Of a stretch of 64,000 bases of DNA, positions 11,701 to 23,549 are shown one piece after another. The notes under the pieces were generated by a model. It saw only the letters and a program-made list of their open reading frames with translations. It had not been told where the DNA came from and did no database searches. The position numbers and the translations under genes are program-made. Location: contig JAVVOY010000003.1 in NCBI GenBank assembly GCA_036656055.1, positions 27,754 to 91,753 of the forward strand, given 5' to 3'. The number at the start of each line of letters is the position of its first letter. Positions within the stretch are counted from its first letter, which is position 1. This DNA comes from Bacteroidales bacterium (GTDB lineage: Bacteria > Bacteroidota > Bacteroidia > Bacteroidales > G3-4614).

Positions 11701-11981
11701 AAAGTTGTGGACAAAAATTTGATCTTGGTGCTACGAGGATACAGCTTTATCCTACGTCTGTTAAAGGAGGGGATGTGGTTACGTTGTATATTGATCAAGA
11801 TTGTGGCTTGCCTGAGAGGGCGACCGTGGTGATTTCAGATATGGGTGGGAGGATAAATACGGTGCCTGTAACGGGGAGATGCTCTAAAATTATAGTGCCA
11901 TCTGTTGTCGGAACATATATTGTAAAGGTCTTTGCTTCTGACGGTACAGTGGGTGAATTTAAAATAAGGGTGATAAAATAA
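8700..11981 (+). CDS. secreted S1-type (lysyl-endopeptidase-like) serine protease with FN3/cadherin-like beta-sandwich repeats and T9SS C-terminal sorting domain
   Basis: Signal peptide MMVKFINKLFIVMVMLIFAPLIRAQ. His motif YTAFHC and Ser motif EKGSSGSSLF...GSLTGG. C-terminal ~80 aa beta-rich domain ending GTYIVKVFASDGTVGEFKIRVIK, typical of type A T9SS CTDs. The ATG at 8700 overlaps the TGA of the antiporter gene. Confidence 0.7.
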   Translation: MMVKFINKLFIVMVMLIFAPLIRAQISEGGVPPSFVYSLKDPSLKADMEITPYRIKNPFSLSQLMEDEAISGNGLPERVGILLAAGLSLSDAGEWTKLSTGEMICRLRVQSQGAIAISLYYKRFYIPEGGRLFIYNKSHTQLLGAYTSRTNPDGGLFSSEFVAGDDIILEYAAPEINNEAPQIEISDICYGYKNLRVLNGVDISCMVDINCPEGNDWKNEKDGVVKMITVIGRYSYLCTATLLNNTSEDFKPYMYTAFHCLKDDYKFVSTTELLQSQFYFNYETTSCMGDMIRDYTSIIGCEFLEGSDLNGGLDQALLLMKGRIPSGLNPYFNGWDRGVGASESGVCIHHPQGSVKKISTFTSPAVSYTWRSPGVTGFNDGHWSVHFVRTSNGFSVTEKGSSGSSLFNQEHNVVGSLTGGSSSCSNLNGINCYGKLHLFFDNVSKYLDPLGKGWGKLNGCHMLNVRPAPRNLSARWSNDRTEVTLTWEAPDKIPLSYVIYRNDLEVGRGSALSFTESGLYAGLHEYQVVALYENDEKSAKSAAVMVEKHIIAPPRNISATRVGEQDVEVKWNLPIAEQQIFWGSGKSGNWGGYSGNVFPFYFGQQWSPSDLKCVDRCTITKVKFFEHANVNYAIYIEQGDRIYTEEVERSDKNRDIEKLLSVPFVVDASQKLICAVKVLKADNKYYLTTDAAPALPNRGNIFSIDGKKWNALTSNNFYLKFSLSSVMGEEKFAARGDVQTEIVSAEEEHNFIFSTVNSLKSDVVSEGAIVASSRPVGFMAPCYDVYRNGGLFSLGAVEKSVKDIGVEKGKSYIYKVSARYGDEGEDFSESAPFFLKPESFDANIKSLVVNGVEASLVSGELRYNIALDCDVSKATIFVSTQHSGAVVKINDKIGRTYTEDVDAGKHVVPVEVISESGENAKSYALGIYKLPDNIILKRWDDVLVVANNPEINGGFRFSSYKWYRNGVVLDALSQYITLPANKSSADVYMVELVTEDGVIVKSCGQKFDLGATRIQLYPTSVKGGDVVTLYIDQDCGLPERATVVISDMGGRINTVPVTGRCSKIIVPSVVGTYIVKVFASDGTVGEFKIRVIK

Positions 11982-12015
11982 TGCCTGTTTATTTAATAAT
12001 TAAATAATATATGCC

Positions 12016-12894
12016 ATGAAAAGATTTTTATCGATTTTAGCATTAGTATTGTCAATTTGTACAGCCTCTTATGGAAGGGGGATTGATAATGAATTTTCTG
12101 CTGAGTTAACGGGCGGTTTATCGGCAATGTATTATAGCCATACAGGTGGTAATTATGATCCTATGCCGGGTACTTCTGGCGGTGTGACATATCTGCATCA
12201 TTTTAATGATAGTTGGGGTTTTGGAACTGGAGCCGGAGTAAGGTTGTATCAGAGTCGAATAAGATTCAATGAGTACTCTGACGAGTATCCTTCTACGGCA
12301 TCTCCAATATTGGACGGAAACGCGACAACCGGTAATTTTACGTTTTCGTACCGTTATACTGATCTGGAGGATAAACAGCGCGCGCTTTATTTAACAATCC
12401 CTGTGTTTGCTCAGTATCAGCATGAGGTGGGTTTTTATACTCGTCTTGGCGTGCAGTTGGGGATACCTATTTCAGGTGGGAGTACAATACGTTATGGAGA
12501 ACTTAGGACGAAAGGGTTCTTTCCTCATGAGAATGTAATTTATGATAATCTACCGCAGCATGGTTTCGGAACTTATTATGGCGGAAATATTGATGATATA
12601 GATATTGAAATGTCATACCGGGTAAATACTTCGCTTCTGGCTGAAGTAGGGTGGAAATGGAATTGGTTTGACCAATATGTCCTTTATCTTGGTGTGACTG
12701 GAGAATATGGTTTCTGTAATATGATAAAACGCGAGATTACGCGACCGCAACTTGTTTATAATGACGGAGACTTTATATATACGCCTATTTGGGAGGCTAA
12801 TGCGAAGAGTGGTAATGAAAGGAATCCTGTTACCGGTGCTAAGGTGCACTCTTATGCTTTCAGTTTGGTGCTGAGATATTCGTTCGGATGGTAA
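12016..12894 (+). CDS. outer membrane beta-barrel protein (OMP_b-brl_2-like)
   Basis: Signal peptide, alternating Gly/aromatic beta-strand pattern, C-terminal LVLRYSFGW. Confidence 0.6.
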   Translation: MKRFLSILALVLSICTASYGRGIDNEFSAELTGGLSAMYYSHTGGNYDPMPGTSGGVTYLHHFNDSWGFGTGAGVRLYQSRIRFNEYSDEYPSTASPILDGNATTGNFTFSYRYTDLEDKQRALYLTIPVFAQYQHEVGFYTRLGVQLGIPISGGSTIRYGELRTKGFFPHENVIYDNLPQHGFGTYYGGNIDDIDIEMSYRVNTSLLAEVGWKWNWFDQYVLYLGVTGEYGFCNMIKREITRPQLVYNDGDFIYTPIWEANAKSGNERNPVTGAKVHSYAFSLVLRYSFGW

Positions 12895-12954
12895 GTGTGT
12901 GATTCGTGGCTGATTGAATATATCTACGCCGATATTATTGAACTTGTGCTATTT

Positions 12955-12997
12955 ATAAAAAAATCCGTCTCGGTTGCTGCCGTAACGGATTTTTTTA
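12955..12997. terminator. bidirectional hairpin terminator
   Basis: AAAAAATCCGT...ACGGATTTTTTT, flanked by an A-run and a T-run, lying between the OMP gene and gyrB. Confidence 0.6.
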
Positions 12998-13023
12998 TTA
13001 CCTTTGTTAGGTTTTAGCGCTGA

Positions 13024-15030
<2,007 letters not shown>

Positions 15031-15041
15031 TTTTAACTTGT

Positions 15042-15078
15042 AAAAAAAAGGAGGCAAAATTTTTTGCCTCCTTTTTTT
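15042..15078. terminator. bidirectional rho-independent terminator
   Basis: AAAAAAAA-GGAGGCAAAA-TT-TTTTGCCTCC-TTTTTTT read directly. Confidence 0.8.
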
Positions 15079-15165
15079 AAGTATATAGGGCGTTTATGTG
15101 AATAATATGCAACCTTTTTTTTAGCAGAGGTACGTCTATTATTATAAATATAAAATTTGAAAATT

Positions 15166-17610
15166 ATGCGATTGAGAATTTTTACGCTCACGATATTGAT
15201 ATTCTTGATAACTTCTGGTTTTGCAGCTGATATAAAAGGGTTGGTTGTGGACGTGAATACAAAAGAGCGGATAGGGTATGCTACGGTAGTTATAAGTGAT
15301 AGTTTGCGACAAATGAAGAATATGACTGTGGTTGCTGCGGATGATGGACATTTCTCTTTTGCCGGTGTAAGACATGGAAACTATAATCTTAAAGCTTCTT
15401 TTGTTGGATATAATGATTTGGTTGTAAATGTTAATGTGCCAAATGAAAATTCAATTGTAAACTTGCAGGAATTAGGTCTTAAATCGACATTGAATGCGTT
15501 GGATGAGGTTAATGTTGTTGGGCAGAAGTCGCAAATGCGTTTAGAAATAGACCGCAAGGTGTTTGATGTTGACCAGAATATTGCTTCGGATGGGGCTTCG
15601 GCTTCGGATGTTTTGCAGAATATTCCATCGGTGGCGGTGGACCAGGAGGGTAAAATTTCTTTGCGCAATAACCCTAACGTGGACCTATGGATAAATGGTA
15701 AGCCATCGGGACTGACTGGTGATAGTCGTGCACAGTATCTTGAGCAGTTGCCAGCCGGAAGTGTGCAGACGATAGAGGTTATAACAAACCCGTCATCTAA
15801 ATATAGTGCCGAAGGGTCGGCGGGGGCGATAAATCTTGTGCTTAAAAAGGGGCTTAAGAAGGGGTATTTCGGTGGCGTTACGGCGAGCGCTGATACGTGG
15901 GGTGGGGCTGGTGTTTCAGGTAATTATAACCTTACTACTAATAAAGTGGATTTAGGACTGAATGCCGGCGCGCGGTATTCGCAGTGGCTATTTTATAATG
16001 ATATGTGCCGTCGTTCATGGCAGGGTAATGATACTACTGTGATGAATCAGTATAATGATAGCAATTATAAGAATTGGCAATTTATGCTGCGAGCAAATCT
16101 TGCATATCATATTACGGACAAGGATGAAATAGAGTTTACTGGTGCCGCGATGCCAGGTATCCCTTCCGGGAATACATCTATGGTTTCGTCTGACGGAATG
16201 GGGATGACTACGCGTGATAGGGTTGCAAAGGAATCGGGTTTGTTTAGTCTCTATATGGCAAAAGTAGATTATACTCATAAATTCAGTGAGGCTAACTCTT
16301 TGCGTATTTACGGTAGTTATAGGAATTACAGTGGGGATACGAAGACTAAATTCTCACAGTTGGCACTGAATGTTTTTTCTGCGCAGAAACAGGATGATGT
16401 GGGGAGAGTTTATTCGGGAGATCTTCAGATTGATTACTCTAATCAGATAAACAAGATATTCAAGATAGAGAGTGGTTTAAGTGGTCTTTGGGGAAATATT
16501 ATCAACGATGTGAATACTTTTCAGGGGGTGGATATGGATAATATGAATCCGGCTCCGGGGTTGAATTATAATTTTAATGAGTTATTTAATGTTTATGCGC
16601 TTTATGTAACTTTTTCGGGGAAGGTAAAGGGTTTTGGATTTCTGGCTGGGCTGAGAGGGGAAAATATGAATTATAAGACGGTTAGCCGCCCTTATTCTGA
16701 GCAGGCTCCTGATGCGAAACATAATTATTTTCGTCTTTTTCCATCGGTGTTTCTATCTTATTCTCTGCCTAAGAATAATGAGATACAACTTAATTATACG
16801 AGCCGCGTAAATTATCCGAGCGATATGACTTTGAACCCTTTTCATCAGATTACTGACTCTACTACGATCTCTTATGGTAATCCGTCTATTAAACCTGAGT
16901 ATTCGCAATCTGTGGAGCTCAATTATATAAAGAATTGGGATGACCATACGCTTTCTGCTTCGGCTTATTACCGTTTTACTGACGGGGTGGTGCAGCAGGT
17001 AAGCTATTATGAATCTCCTGTTATGTATTATACCTACGAGAATGTTACACGCCAACAGAATGTGGGTGTGGAGGTAGTGGCTAAAAATAAGTTGTTTAAG
17101 ATATTGAATCTTACTACTACGTTGAATTTATATTATCAGAAGCAGAATCCGTTTGATTTTGTATATGTGAGTAATGCTGGTGTGAAGAGTGTGATGCATT
17201 ATGACGAGAATTCTAATTTTACATGGACGTTGCGGGTTATGGCTTCTCTTATTTTGCCTAAGGATATTTCGTTTCAGGTCTCGGGTGAGTATAATGCTAA
17301 ACAGGTGTTGGTGCAGGGGAGTGTTTTACCTAGTTATGCTTTGGATCTTGGGCTTCGCAAGGGTTTCTTGAATAAAAAGTTATTTGTTTCTATTGCTGGC
17401 CGTAATATTCTTAATTCACGTTCATGGACAAGGGAGACCTACGGAGATAATTTTTCGCAGAATATGAAATGGATATATGGCAAATGGCAGTTGCGTTTTT
17501 CGGTGTCGTACTATTTTGGCAAGAATGCTAAAAACAAGAATGTACCGCAACAGCAGGATATTATTAATTCGGGTGATGGGGGAATGGATGGAGGAAAGGG
17601 GGGGATGTAA
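15166..17610 (+). CDS. TonB-dependent-receptor-like outer membrane beta-barrel protein (CarboxypepD_reg + plug + OMP_b-brl_3-type barrel)
   Basis: Signal peptide; N-terminal IKGLVVDVNTKERIGYATVVISD (carboxypeptidase-regulatory-like); LDEVNVVG plug entry; long barrel ending WQLRFSVSYYFGK plus a Gly-rich tail. Confidence 0.7.
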   Translation: MRLRIFTLTILIFLITSGFAADIKGLVVDVNTKERIGYATVVISDSLRQMKNMTVVAADDGHFSFAGVRHGNYNLKASFVGYNDLVVNVNVPNENSIVNLQELGLKSTLNALDEVNVVGQKSQMRLEIDRKVFDVDQNIASDGASASDVLQNIPSVAVDQEGKISLRNNPNVDLWINGKPSGLTGDSRAQYLEQLPAGSVQTIEVITNPSSKYSAEGSAGAINLVLKKGLKKGYFGGVTASADTWGGAGVSGNYNLTTNKVDLGLNAGARYSQWLFYNDMCRRSWQGNDTTVMNQYNDSNYKNWQFMLRANLAYHITDKDEIEFTGAAMPGIPSGNTSMVSSDGMGMTTRDRVAKESGLFSLYMAKVDYTHKFSEANSLRIYGSYRNYSGDTKTKFSQLALNVFSAQKQDDVGRVYSGDLQIDYSNQINKIFKIESGLSGLWGNIINDVNTFQGVDMDNMNPAPGLNYNFNELFNVYALYVTFSGKVKGFGFLAGLRGENMNYKTVSRPYSEQAPDAKHNYFRLFPSVFLSYSLPKNNEIQLNYTSRVNYPSDMTLNPFHQITDSTTISYGNPSIKPEYSQSVELNYIKNWDDHTLSASAYYRFTDGVVQQVSYYESPVMYYTYENVTRQQNVGVEVVAKNKLFKILNLTTTLNLYYQKQNPFDFVYVSNAGVKSVMHYDENSNFTWTLRVMASLILPKDISFQVSGEYNAKQVLVQGSVLPSYALDLGLRKGFLNKKLFVSIAGRNILNSRSWTRETYGDNFSQNMKWIYGKWQLRFSVSYYFGKNAKNKNVPQQQDIINSGDGGMDGGKGGM

Positions 17611-17628
17611 TTTCTTTGGTGTGATGGG

Positions 17629-19206
17629 TTATATTATGGTAAATTTATCTACGTCGAAAAGCCCGGAAGCGGTTATCTTTAGGGATGGTATTACGGGGAG
17701 TGACATGAATGAGAGTGTCATAAGCGGTGATGAGAGGTTACTTCCTAAGGTCTTTATCTTATCTTCTATTTTGGTATATTGACTGGCGACTTGGTCTATG
17801 CTTTCTTTTGACATGAGCCCTGCAATGTCTAAAGGTAGTGTTATTGTCTCTGATCCGTCGCATACGGCTATTCCTCCTTGCATCCGGACTATTGTATTTA
17901 TAACTTTGACGATTGATATGTCATCGTATCCTACTACTGTTATATTGTGACTGTCGTGTCCTATGGTTGAACCGAATGCCCCCTTTTTTATGCCGAAACC
18001 GTGTATGTACCCGACTGTGGGTGTAGCCCCTTTTTGGTAGCGGTTGTAACAGACTATCTTGAGAATGTCATATTTTTTGCTGTCTGATTTAAGATGTTTT
18101 GTATAGAGTGAATTGGGTATTATTCCAATAATATCTTCGTGGTTGCCTCCTTGTATGTCGGTGGTGGTAACGGGTGTTGCTGCAAAGTTGTTTATCTCCT
18201 CGTGTTGTTGAATATAACCTTTGTCATTTATTGGTGAGCCGTTAATATAAACGGTTTTGGTTTTGAACTCAACGGGGTTGTTTACGATTATGAAATCTGC
18301 TTTATCGCCGGCGCGTAATAATCCTACGGGAAGGTTGTAGTGGCTGATTGGATTGATTGTTGCTGCTCTTAGTACGTTGAAAAGGTCGTAACCGGCTGTT
18401 ACTGCGCGGCGTACTATTTCGTTGATATGATTATGTCGTAGATCGGATGATTTGAGGTCATCTGTGCAGAACATTATCTTGTCGGGGTATTTGCTGATAA
18501 GTGGCATAAGTTGATTGAGCGATTTCGCGGAGCTTCCTTCGCGTATCTGTATCTTCATACCGGCTTTTATCTTCTCTTCTGCTTCGGCGTATGATGTGGT
18601 TTCGTGGTCGGTGGTGATCCCTGCTGCGATATATTTTTTAAGCTCTTTTCCGGTTATGGAGGGGGCGTGACCGTCTATTGGTTTGCCGACATGTAGGGAC
18701 GCTTTTATTTTTGCCATAACTTCTGTGTCGTTATGTATAACGCCGGGGCAGTTCATCATTTCGCTTAGTCCTATGAAATCGGCTTTCTTAATCAGGGTTG
18801 TTGTCTCTGCCGTGTTTATTCTTGCTCCTGTTGCTTCAAAGTCTACTGATGGTACGCATGAGGGGAGGGTAAAGAATATTTTCATTTGTGTATGTTCTGC
18901 ATTCTTTATCATAAATTCTAACCCTTTTATGCCACATACGTTGGCTATTTCATGCGGATCGCTTATAGAGGCTATTGTGCCGTGCAACATGGCATTGCGC
19001 CCAAATTCAGCAGGCGTTAGCATGGTGCTCTCGATATGGCAGTGTGAATCTATGAAGCCCGGAATTATATAGCCTTCGTTGCCGCTTAATTTGTTTTCGG
19101 AGATGGATATTATCTCTTTTATATTTTCTCCTTCTATTGATATTTTTGCTGCAAATATTGTGCGGTTATGTATGTCAACTACTTTTCCTAATATATATTT
19201 TTCCAT
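17629..19206 (-). CDS. ade: adenine deaminase
   Basis: Amidohydrolase HxH motif GFIDSHCHIESTML. Length and the remaining sequence are typical of Ade. Start at the internal MEKYILGKVVD (ATG 19206). Confidence 0.8.
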   Translation of the reverse strand: MEKYILGKVVDIHNRTIFAAKISIEGENIKEIISISENKLSGNEGYIIPGFIDSHCHIESTMLTPAEFGRNAMLHGTIASISDPHEIANVCGIKGLEFMIKNAEHTQMKIFFTLPSCVPSVDFEATGARINTAETTTLIKKADFIGLSEMMNCPGVIHNDTEVMAKIKASLHVGKPIDGHAPSITGKELKKYIAAGITTDHETTSYAEAEEKIKAGMKIQIREGSSAKSLNQLMPLISKYPDKIMFCTDDLKSSDLRHNHINEIVRRAVTAGYDLFNVLRAATINPISHYNLPVGLLRAGDKADFIIVNNPVEFKTKTVYINGSPINDKGYIQQHEEINNFAATPVTTTDIQGGNHEDIIGIIPNSLYTKHLKSDSKKYDILKIVCYNRYQKGATPTVGYIHGFGIKKGAFGSTIGHDSHNITVVGYDDISIVKVINTIVRMQGGIAVCDGSETITLPLDIAGLMSKESIDQVASQYTKIEDKIKTLGSNLSSPLMTLSFMSLPVIPSLKITASGLFDVDKFTII

Positions 19207-19255
19207 CTTTACTCCTTCTGTTTTGCGAATGTAATGAATATGGTGGATATTGACA

Positions 19256-19296
19256 AGATACGGGGCGTTCTCAATTAATGACAACGCCCCGTATCT
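19256..19296 (-). terminator. 14-bp perfect stem-loop downstream of the long nagB paralog
   Basis: AGATACGGGGCGTT / AACGCCCCGTATCT with a 13-nt loop. No clear U-tract. Confidence 0.5.
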
Positions 19297-19315
19297 GTAT
19301 TTGCTCGTATGTTTG

Positions 19316-21298
19316 TTATCTTATAGGAAGGTATTCTACGAATGCTTCAATGGCTTCGTATGATGCGAGACCGAGTTTTGAATAGAGTTCGGCTGTGGCT
19401 TTGTTCCTGTCTTCGGCGCGTTGCCAGAAGAGTCTTTCGTCATCGCCAAGGAATGGTGCGTTTTCCATCTGAGATTGGTGCTTGAGAATTGAGTTGCGTT
19501 TCTGACGTAACTCTTCGGGACTGATAGGAACGGCCATCTCTATATAATCTATATCCCATTCTGCCCATGCGCCACGATACATCCAGATGCGACACTCTTG
19601 CATCCATTTTTCGTCTTTTATGTCGTCTATTGCTGCCAAAACGGCATCGAGGCATACGCGGTGTGTGCCGTGTGGATCGGCGAGGTCTCCGGCAACAAAT
19701 ATCTGATCGGGTTTGATGTCGAGGAGCAATTTTTTCGCTATATCTACATCGCGTTGTTCGAGTGCTCCTTTTTTAATGGTTCCTGTCTCGTAGAAAGGTA
19801 ATGCGAGAAAGTGTACGTTTTCTGGTTTTAGCCCTATGTAGTTGCATGCCGTGCGTGCTTCTGATTGGCGTATCATCCCTTTAAGATAACGGGCTGTGGG
19901 GATGTCTATATCGCCCTCTTTTTTGTTTTGTACTGATTCTGTTATATCTTTAAGATGTTTAGCCAGATCAGGTGTCCCGAAGTTGAAATCTTTGGAGATG
20001 CTGTTCATTAGCATAACGTAACGCATCATGTCTTCATCGCCAACGGCTATGTTCCCGGATGTTTCGTATGCGAGGTGTACTTCGTGGTTCTGGTCTACAA
20101 GTCTGCGCAGGGTACCGCCCATTGATATTACATCGTCATCGGGATGGGGACTGAATACGATTACTTTTTTGGGGTATGGCTTGGTGCGTTCGGGACGGAA
20201 CGTATCATCGGCATTAGGTTTGCCACCCGGCCATCCGGTTATGGTGTGCTGAATGTCGTTGAATATGCGTATATTAACTTCGTATGCAGATTTGTAAAGG
20301 GTGAGACGCTCGCTTAGTCCGTTGTCGTTGTAATCTTTGTTGGTAAGTTTTAGAATGGGTTTTCCGGTAATGCCACAGAGCCATACTATGGCTCGCCTTA
20401 TAAGGTGATCGTTCCATTCGCATGATGAGACAAGCCACGGTTTGCTTATTCTTGTGAGTTTTTCAGCGGCTGTCAGGTCGGTAACAATGCGTGCGTTTTT
20501 GCTCATCTGTAGGAAGCTTGCCGGAACGGCATCGGTTATTGGTCCTTCTATTGCTTCTTTAAGTTTTGCTGAAACTTCTTCGCCCCAACCTACTATTATT
20601 GCTTCTTTGGCTTTGAGTATTGTGGAGATTCCTATGGTTATTGCGTTTTTCTGCCATTTTTCATTTGACGGGAATACTTTTGATATGAGGTTCTGCGAAT
20701 CTTCGCTGAGTAGCATAAGGCGTGTGGTGGATGCTAATTGTGATCCGGGTTCGTTGAAGGTGAGGGAACCAGACTGTCCGATCTCTAATAGAACAAGGTC
20801 GAGACCTCCAAATGCGGCTATTTTCTCTTCGTAGTGTTTACAGTATTCAAATACCTCTTCTTTTGGGATGTTTCCTTCGGGAGAGTATATATTTTCGGGT
20901 TTTATATCTACTTTGTCGAGCAAATATTCTTTAAGAATGTTAAGCGTGCTGCTTGCTCCTTCTTCTAATGGGTAGAAATCACTTGCATTGAATACAATAA
21001 CGTTGGCAAAACTTAACCCTTTTGTTTTATGGAGATTTACTAATTCATGGTAAACGATATGCATTCCTGCTCCCCAGCCGAGGGCCATGACGCATTTTCG
21101 GTTTCCTTTATTACATTTTTCCATGACTGCTGCAACTTTTCTTGCAACATGGGCTGCGCCGTTTTCGGCACTTTCGTAAATTTCCGTGAATGTTTTCTCA
21201 AATTTAGATAATGAGGTTATTTCAAGTATATTATCTGTACAATAATATCTTTTTGGAACCCAATCGAGCTTTATTTGAGTACTCAAATTTGTTTTCAT
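19316..21298 (-). CDS. long-form glucosamine-6-phosphate deaminase-like protein (NagB-like domain fused to LmbE/PIG-L deacetylase-like domain)
   Basis: 660 aa. The N-terminal half is sugar-phosphate isomerase/deaminase-like (LLEIGQSGSLTFNEPGS). The C-terminal half carries the PIG-L motif VIVFSPHPDDDVISMGGTL. Confidence 0.7.
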   Translation of the reverse strand: MKTNLSTQIKLDWVPKRYYCTDNILEITSLSKFEKTFTEIYESAENGAAHVARKVAAVMEKCNKGNRKCVMALGWGAGMHIVYHELVNLHKTKGLSFANVIVFNASDFYPLEEGASSTLNILKEYLLDKVDIKPENIYSPEGNIPKEEVFEYCKHYEEKIAAFGGLDLVLLEIGQSGSLTFNEPGSQLASTTRLMLLSEDSQNLISKVFPSNEKWQKNAITIGISTILKAKEAIIVGWGEEVSAKLKEAIEGPITDAVPASFLQMSKNARIVTDLTAAEKLTRISKPWLVSSCEWNDHLIRRAIVWLCGITGKPILKLTNKDYNDNGLSERLTLYKSAYEVNIRIFNDIQHTITGWPGGKPNADDTFRPERTKPYPKKVIVFSPHPDDDVISMGGTLRRLVDQNHEVHLAYETSGNIAVGDEDMMRYVMLMNSISKDFNFGTPDLAKHLKDITESVQNKKEGDIDIPTARYLKGMIRQSEARTACNYIGLKPENVHFLALPFYETGTIKKGALEQRDVDIAKKLLLDIKPDQIFVAGDLADPHGTHRVCLDAVLAAIDDIKDEKWMQECRIWMYRGAWAEWDIDYIEMAVPISPEELRQKRNSILKHQSQMENAPFLGDDERLFWQRAEDRNKATAELYSKLGLASYEAIEAFVEYLPIR

Positions 21299-21563
21299 GT
21301 GATTTATGTATTTACTGGTACAGTTTTATTGCTAACAAAGGTACGGTAAAAAAAATTAATTGGAAACTTTTTCTGTTAGCAAAATAATTGTTGTGTATAA
21401 AAATATAATATATTTATAAACAATTCGCTAAGGTTTTTTACTATCTTTGCCTAAAGATAAACGAAGACAATGATAGGTGGTGTGTTATCTAATTTAAATT
21501 TATTTGAATTTGATACTCTGCTTATGTTATTTCGGCATTGTAAAATTATAATATTTAAAGGCT

Positions 21564-22373
21564 ATGAGACTTATTATCCAACCGTGTTATGAGAATGTTT
21601 CGCGCTGGGCTGCGAATTATGTTGCTTCCCGTATTAAGGCGTTTAATCCTTCTGAGAGTAAAAAATTTGTTTTGGGGCTACCTACCGGATCTTCACCGCT
21701 TGGTATGTACAAGGCTTTGATAGAGCTGAATAAAAAAGGTGTGGTGTCGTTCAAAAATGTTATAACGTTTAATATGGATGAGTATGTAGGGCTTCCTCGT
21801 GAGCATCAGGAGAGTTATTATTCTTTTATGTGGAAGAACTTTTTTAGCCATATTGATATCGTTGCCGAAAATGTGAATATACTTAACGGGAATGTGTCTG
21901 ATACTGAGGCTGAATGTGCTGCTTATGAGCAGAAGATAAAAGCTGTTGGGGGAATAGATCTTTTTCTTGGGGGTATAGGTCCTGATGGGCATATAGCTTT
22001 TAATGAACCGGGATCGTCGTTGTCTTCACGTACGCGAATGAAGTCTCTTACTACGGATACTATCATTGCAAATTCACGATTCTTTGATAATGATGTCAAT
22101 AAGGTGCCAAAAACGGCGCTTACGGTTGGTGTTGCTACGATTATGGATGCTAAAAGTGTACTCATAATAGTTAATGGGCACAGCAAGGCTCGTGCTCTTA
22201 AGCACGGTGTAGAGGGTGGAATATCTCAGATGTGGACTATAAGCGCATTGCAGAATCATCCTCACAGTATAATAGTTTGTGATGAAGATGCTACTGCTGA
22301 AATTACAGTGGGCTCGTATAAATATTTTAAGGATATTGAGAAATTGAATCTTGATCCTAATTCTTTGCTCTGA
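21564..22373 (+). CDS. nagB: glucosamine-6-phosphate deaminase
   Basis: 269 aa: [48 protein letters not shown]. Confidence 0.92.
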   Translation: MRLIIQPCYENVSRWAANYVASRIKAFNPSESKKFVLGLPTGSSPLGMYKALIELNKKGVVSFKNVITFNMDEYVGLPREHQESYYSFMWKNFFSHIDIVAENVNILNGNVSDTEAECAAYEQKIKAVGGIDLFLGGIGPDGHIAFNEPGSSLSSRTRMKSLTTDTIIANSRFFDNDVNKVPKTALTVGVATIMDAKSVLIIVNGHSKARALKHGVEGGISQMWTISALQNHPHSIIVCDEDATAEITVGSYKYFKDIEKLNLDPNSLL

Positions 22374-22514
22374 TATTTAACGGAGCCCCAAAGGGGAGCT
22401 GTTTAAATTTTTGAGAAGAGATATATTTGCAAAATATAAATTGTATTGGCAGATTTTTATGTGGCTTTTGAGGCTGTTTAAAAGTTTGACCAAAATTTTA
22501 ACTGAGTCTTAATT

Positions 22515-23525
22515 ATGGGCAAGAGGGTTTTAGTAACAGGTGCTGGTGGGTTTATTGGCGGTTTTATCATAGAGGGGGCGTTGAAGCGCGGTTTTGAAAC
22601 TTTTGCTGGGGTAAGGGCTTCTACTAATCTTAGCTATCTTAAGGATGAAAGATTAAAAATTGTTACTCTCTCTTTTGACAATAAGACAAAGCTAAAAGAG
22701 GAGATTTCGACCTTTAAGGCTAAATATGGCAAATGGGATTATATTATTCATAATCTTGGCGTTACAAAGAGTTTTAATAAGCAGGATTTTGATAGGATAA
22801 ACTTCGGATATCTGAAACTTTTTGTGGAGGTGCTTACTGAAATGGATTGTGTCCCTGAGAAGTTTATTTATATGAGTAGTCTGAGCGCATGGGGTGGAAC
22901 TAGCGAAAAGGGACCATCACCTATTAGGCCTACTGATTCGCCAAGCCCGGATACTGCTTATGGACGGAGTAAATTACGGGCGGAGTTTTTTCTGCGCTCG
23001 TGCAAGGGTTTCCCGTTTGTAATTTTGCGTCCTACGGGGGTGTATGGGCCGAGGGAGAGGGACTACTTTATGATGATAAATCTTATCAAAACAGGATTGG
23101 ATCTGTTGATAGGAACAAAAAAGAAGAGGCTCACATTTTTATATGTTAAGGATTTGGTAAAAGCCATATTTCTTGCAATTGATAAGGGGTGTTTGGGTGA
23201 AGGGTATTTTCTGACGGATAGTAATGTATATTCACAAAAAGATTTCAGAAGGATAACTGCCAAAGCACTTGGTAAAAAGTATGTATTACCAATTGTAGTA
23301 CCAGTATCTTTATGCCGATTTATTTGCGAGCGCTCAGAGGATATAGCAACGATTAAGGGTAAGCCGTCTACTCTTAATAGGGATAAATTTAAAATACTGA
23401 CCCAGAATAATTGGTCTTGTGATATTTCAAAGGCTAAGGAGGAACTTGGATTTGTCCCTGAATATAATTTGGAGCGGGGAATAGGTGAAGCTGTTATGTG
23501 GTACAGAGAGAATGGATGGCTGTAA
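22515..23525 (+). CDS. NAD-dependent epimerase/dehydratase family protein
   Basis: N-terminal VLVTGAGGFIGGFI Rossmann motif and YGRSK (YxxxK) catalytic motif. Confidence 0.8.
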   Translation: MGKRVLVTGAGGFIGGFIIEGALKRGFETFAGVRASTNLSYLKDERLKIVTLSFDNKTKLKEEISTFKAKYGKWDYIIHNLGVTKSFNKQDFDRINFGYLKLFVEVLTEMDCVPEKFIYMSSLSAWGGTSEKGPSPIRPTDSPSPDTAYGRSKLRAEFFLRSCKGFPFVILRPTGVYGPRERDYFMMINLIKTGLDLLIGTKKKRLTFLYVKDLVKAIFLAIDKGCLGEGYFLTDSNVYSQKDFRRITAKALGKKYVLPIVVPVSLCRFICERSEDIATIKGKPSTLNRDKFKILTQNNWSCDISKAKEELGFVPEYNLERGIGEAVMWYRENGWL

Positions 23526-23549
23526 TAGCACGGGATTAAACTATATGTT

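Noticed and set aside
21329-21382. 9-bp inverted repeat TTGCTAACA ... TGTTAGCAA between the divergent nagB paralogs (possible operator)
   Set aside because: It is short, has a 36-bp spacer and lies in AT-rich DNA, so it cannot be distinguished from chance by eye. Noted only as a possible NagR/NagC-type site.
22374-22514. Possible terminator GGAGCCCCAAAGGGGAGCT after nagB
   Set aside because: Only a 4-bp GGGG/CCCC stem can form, which is not convincing.
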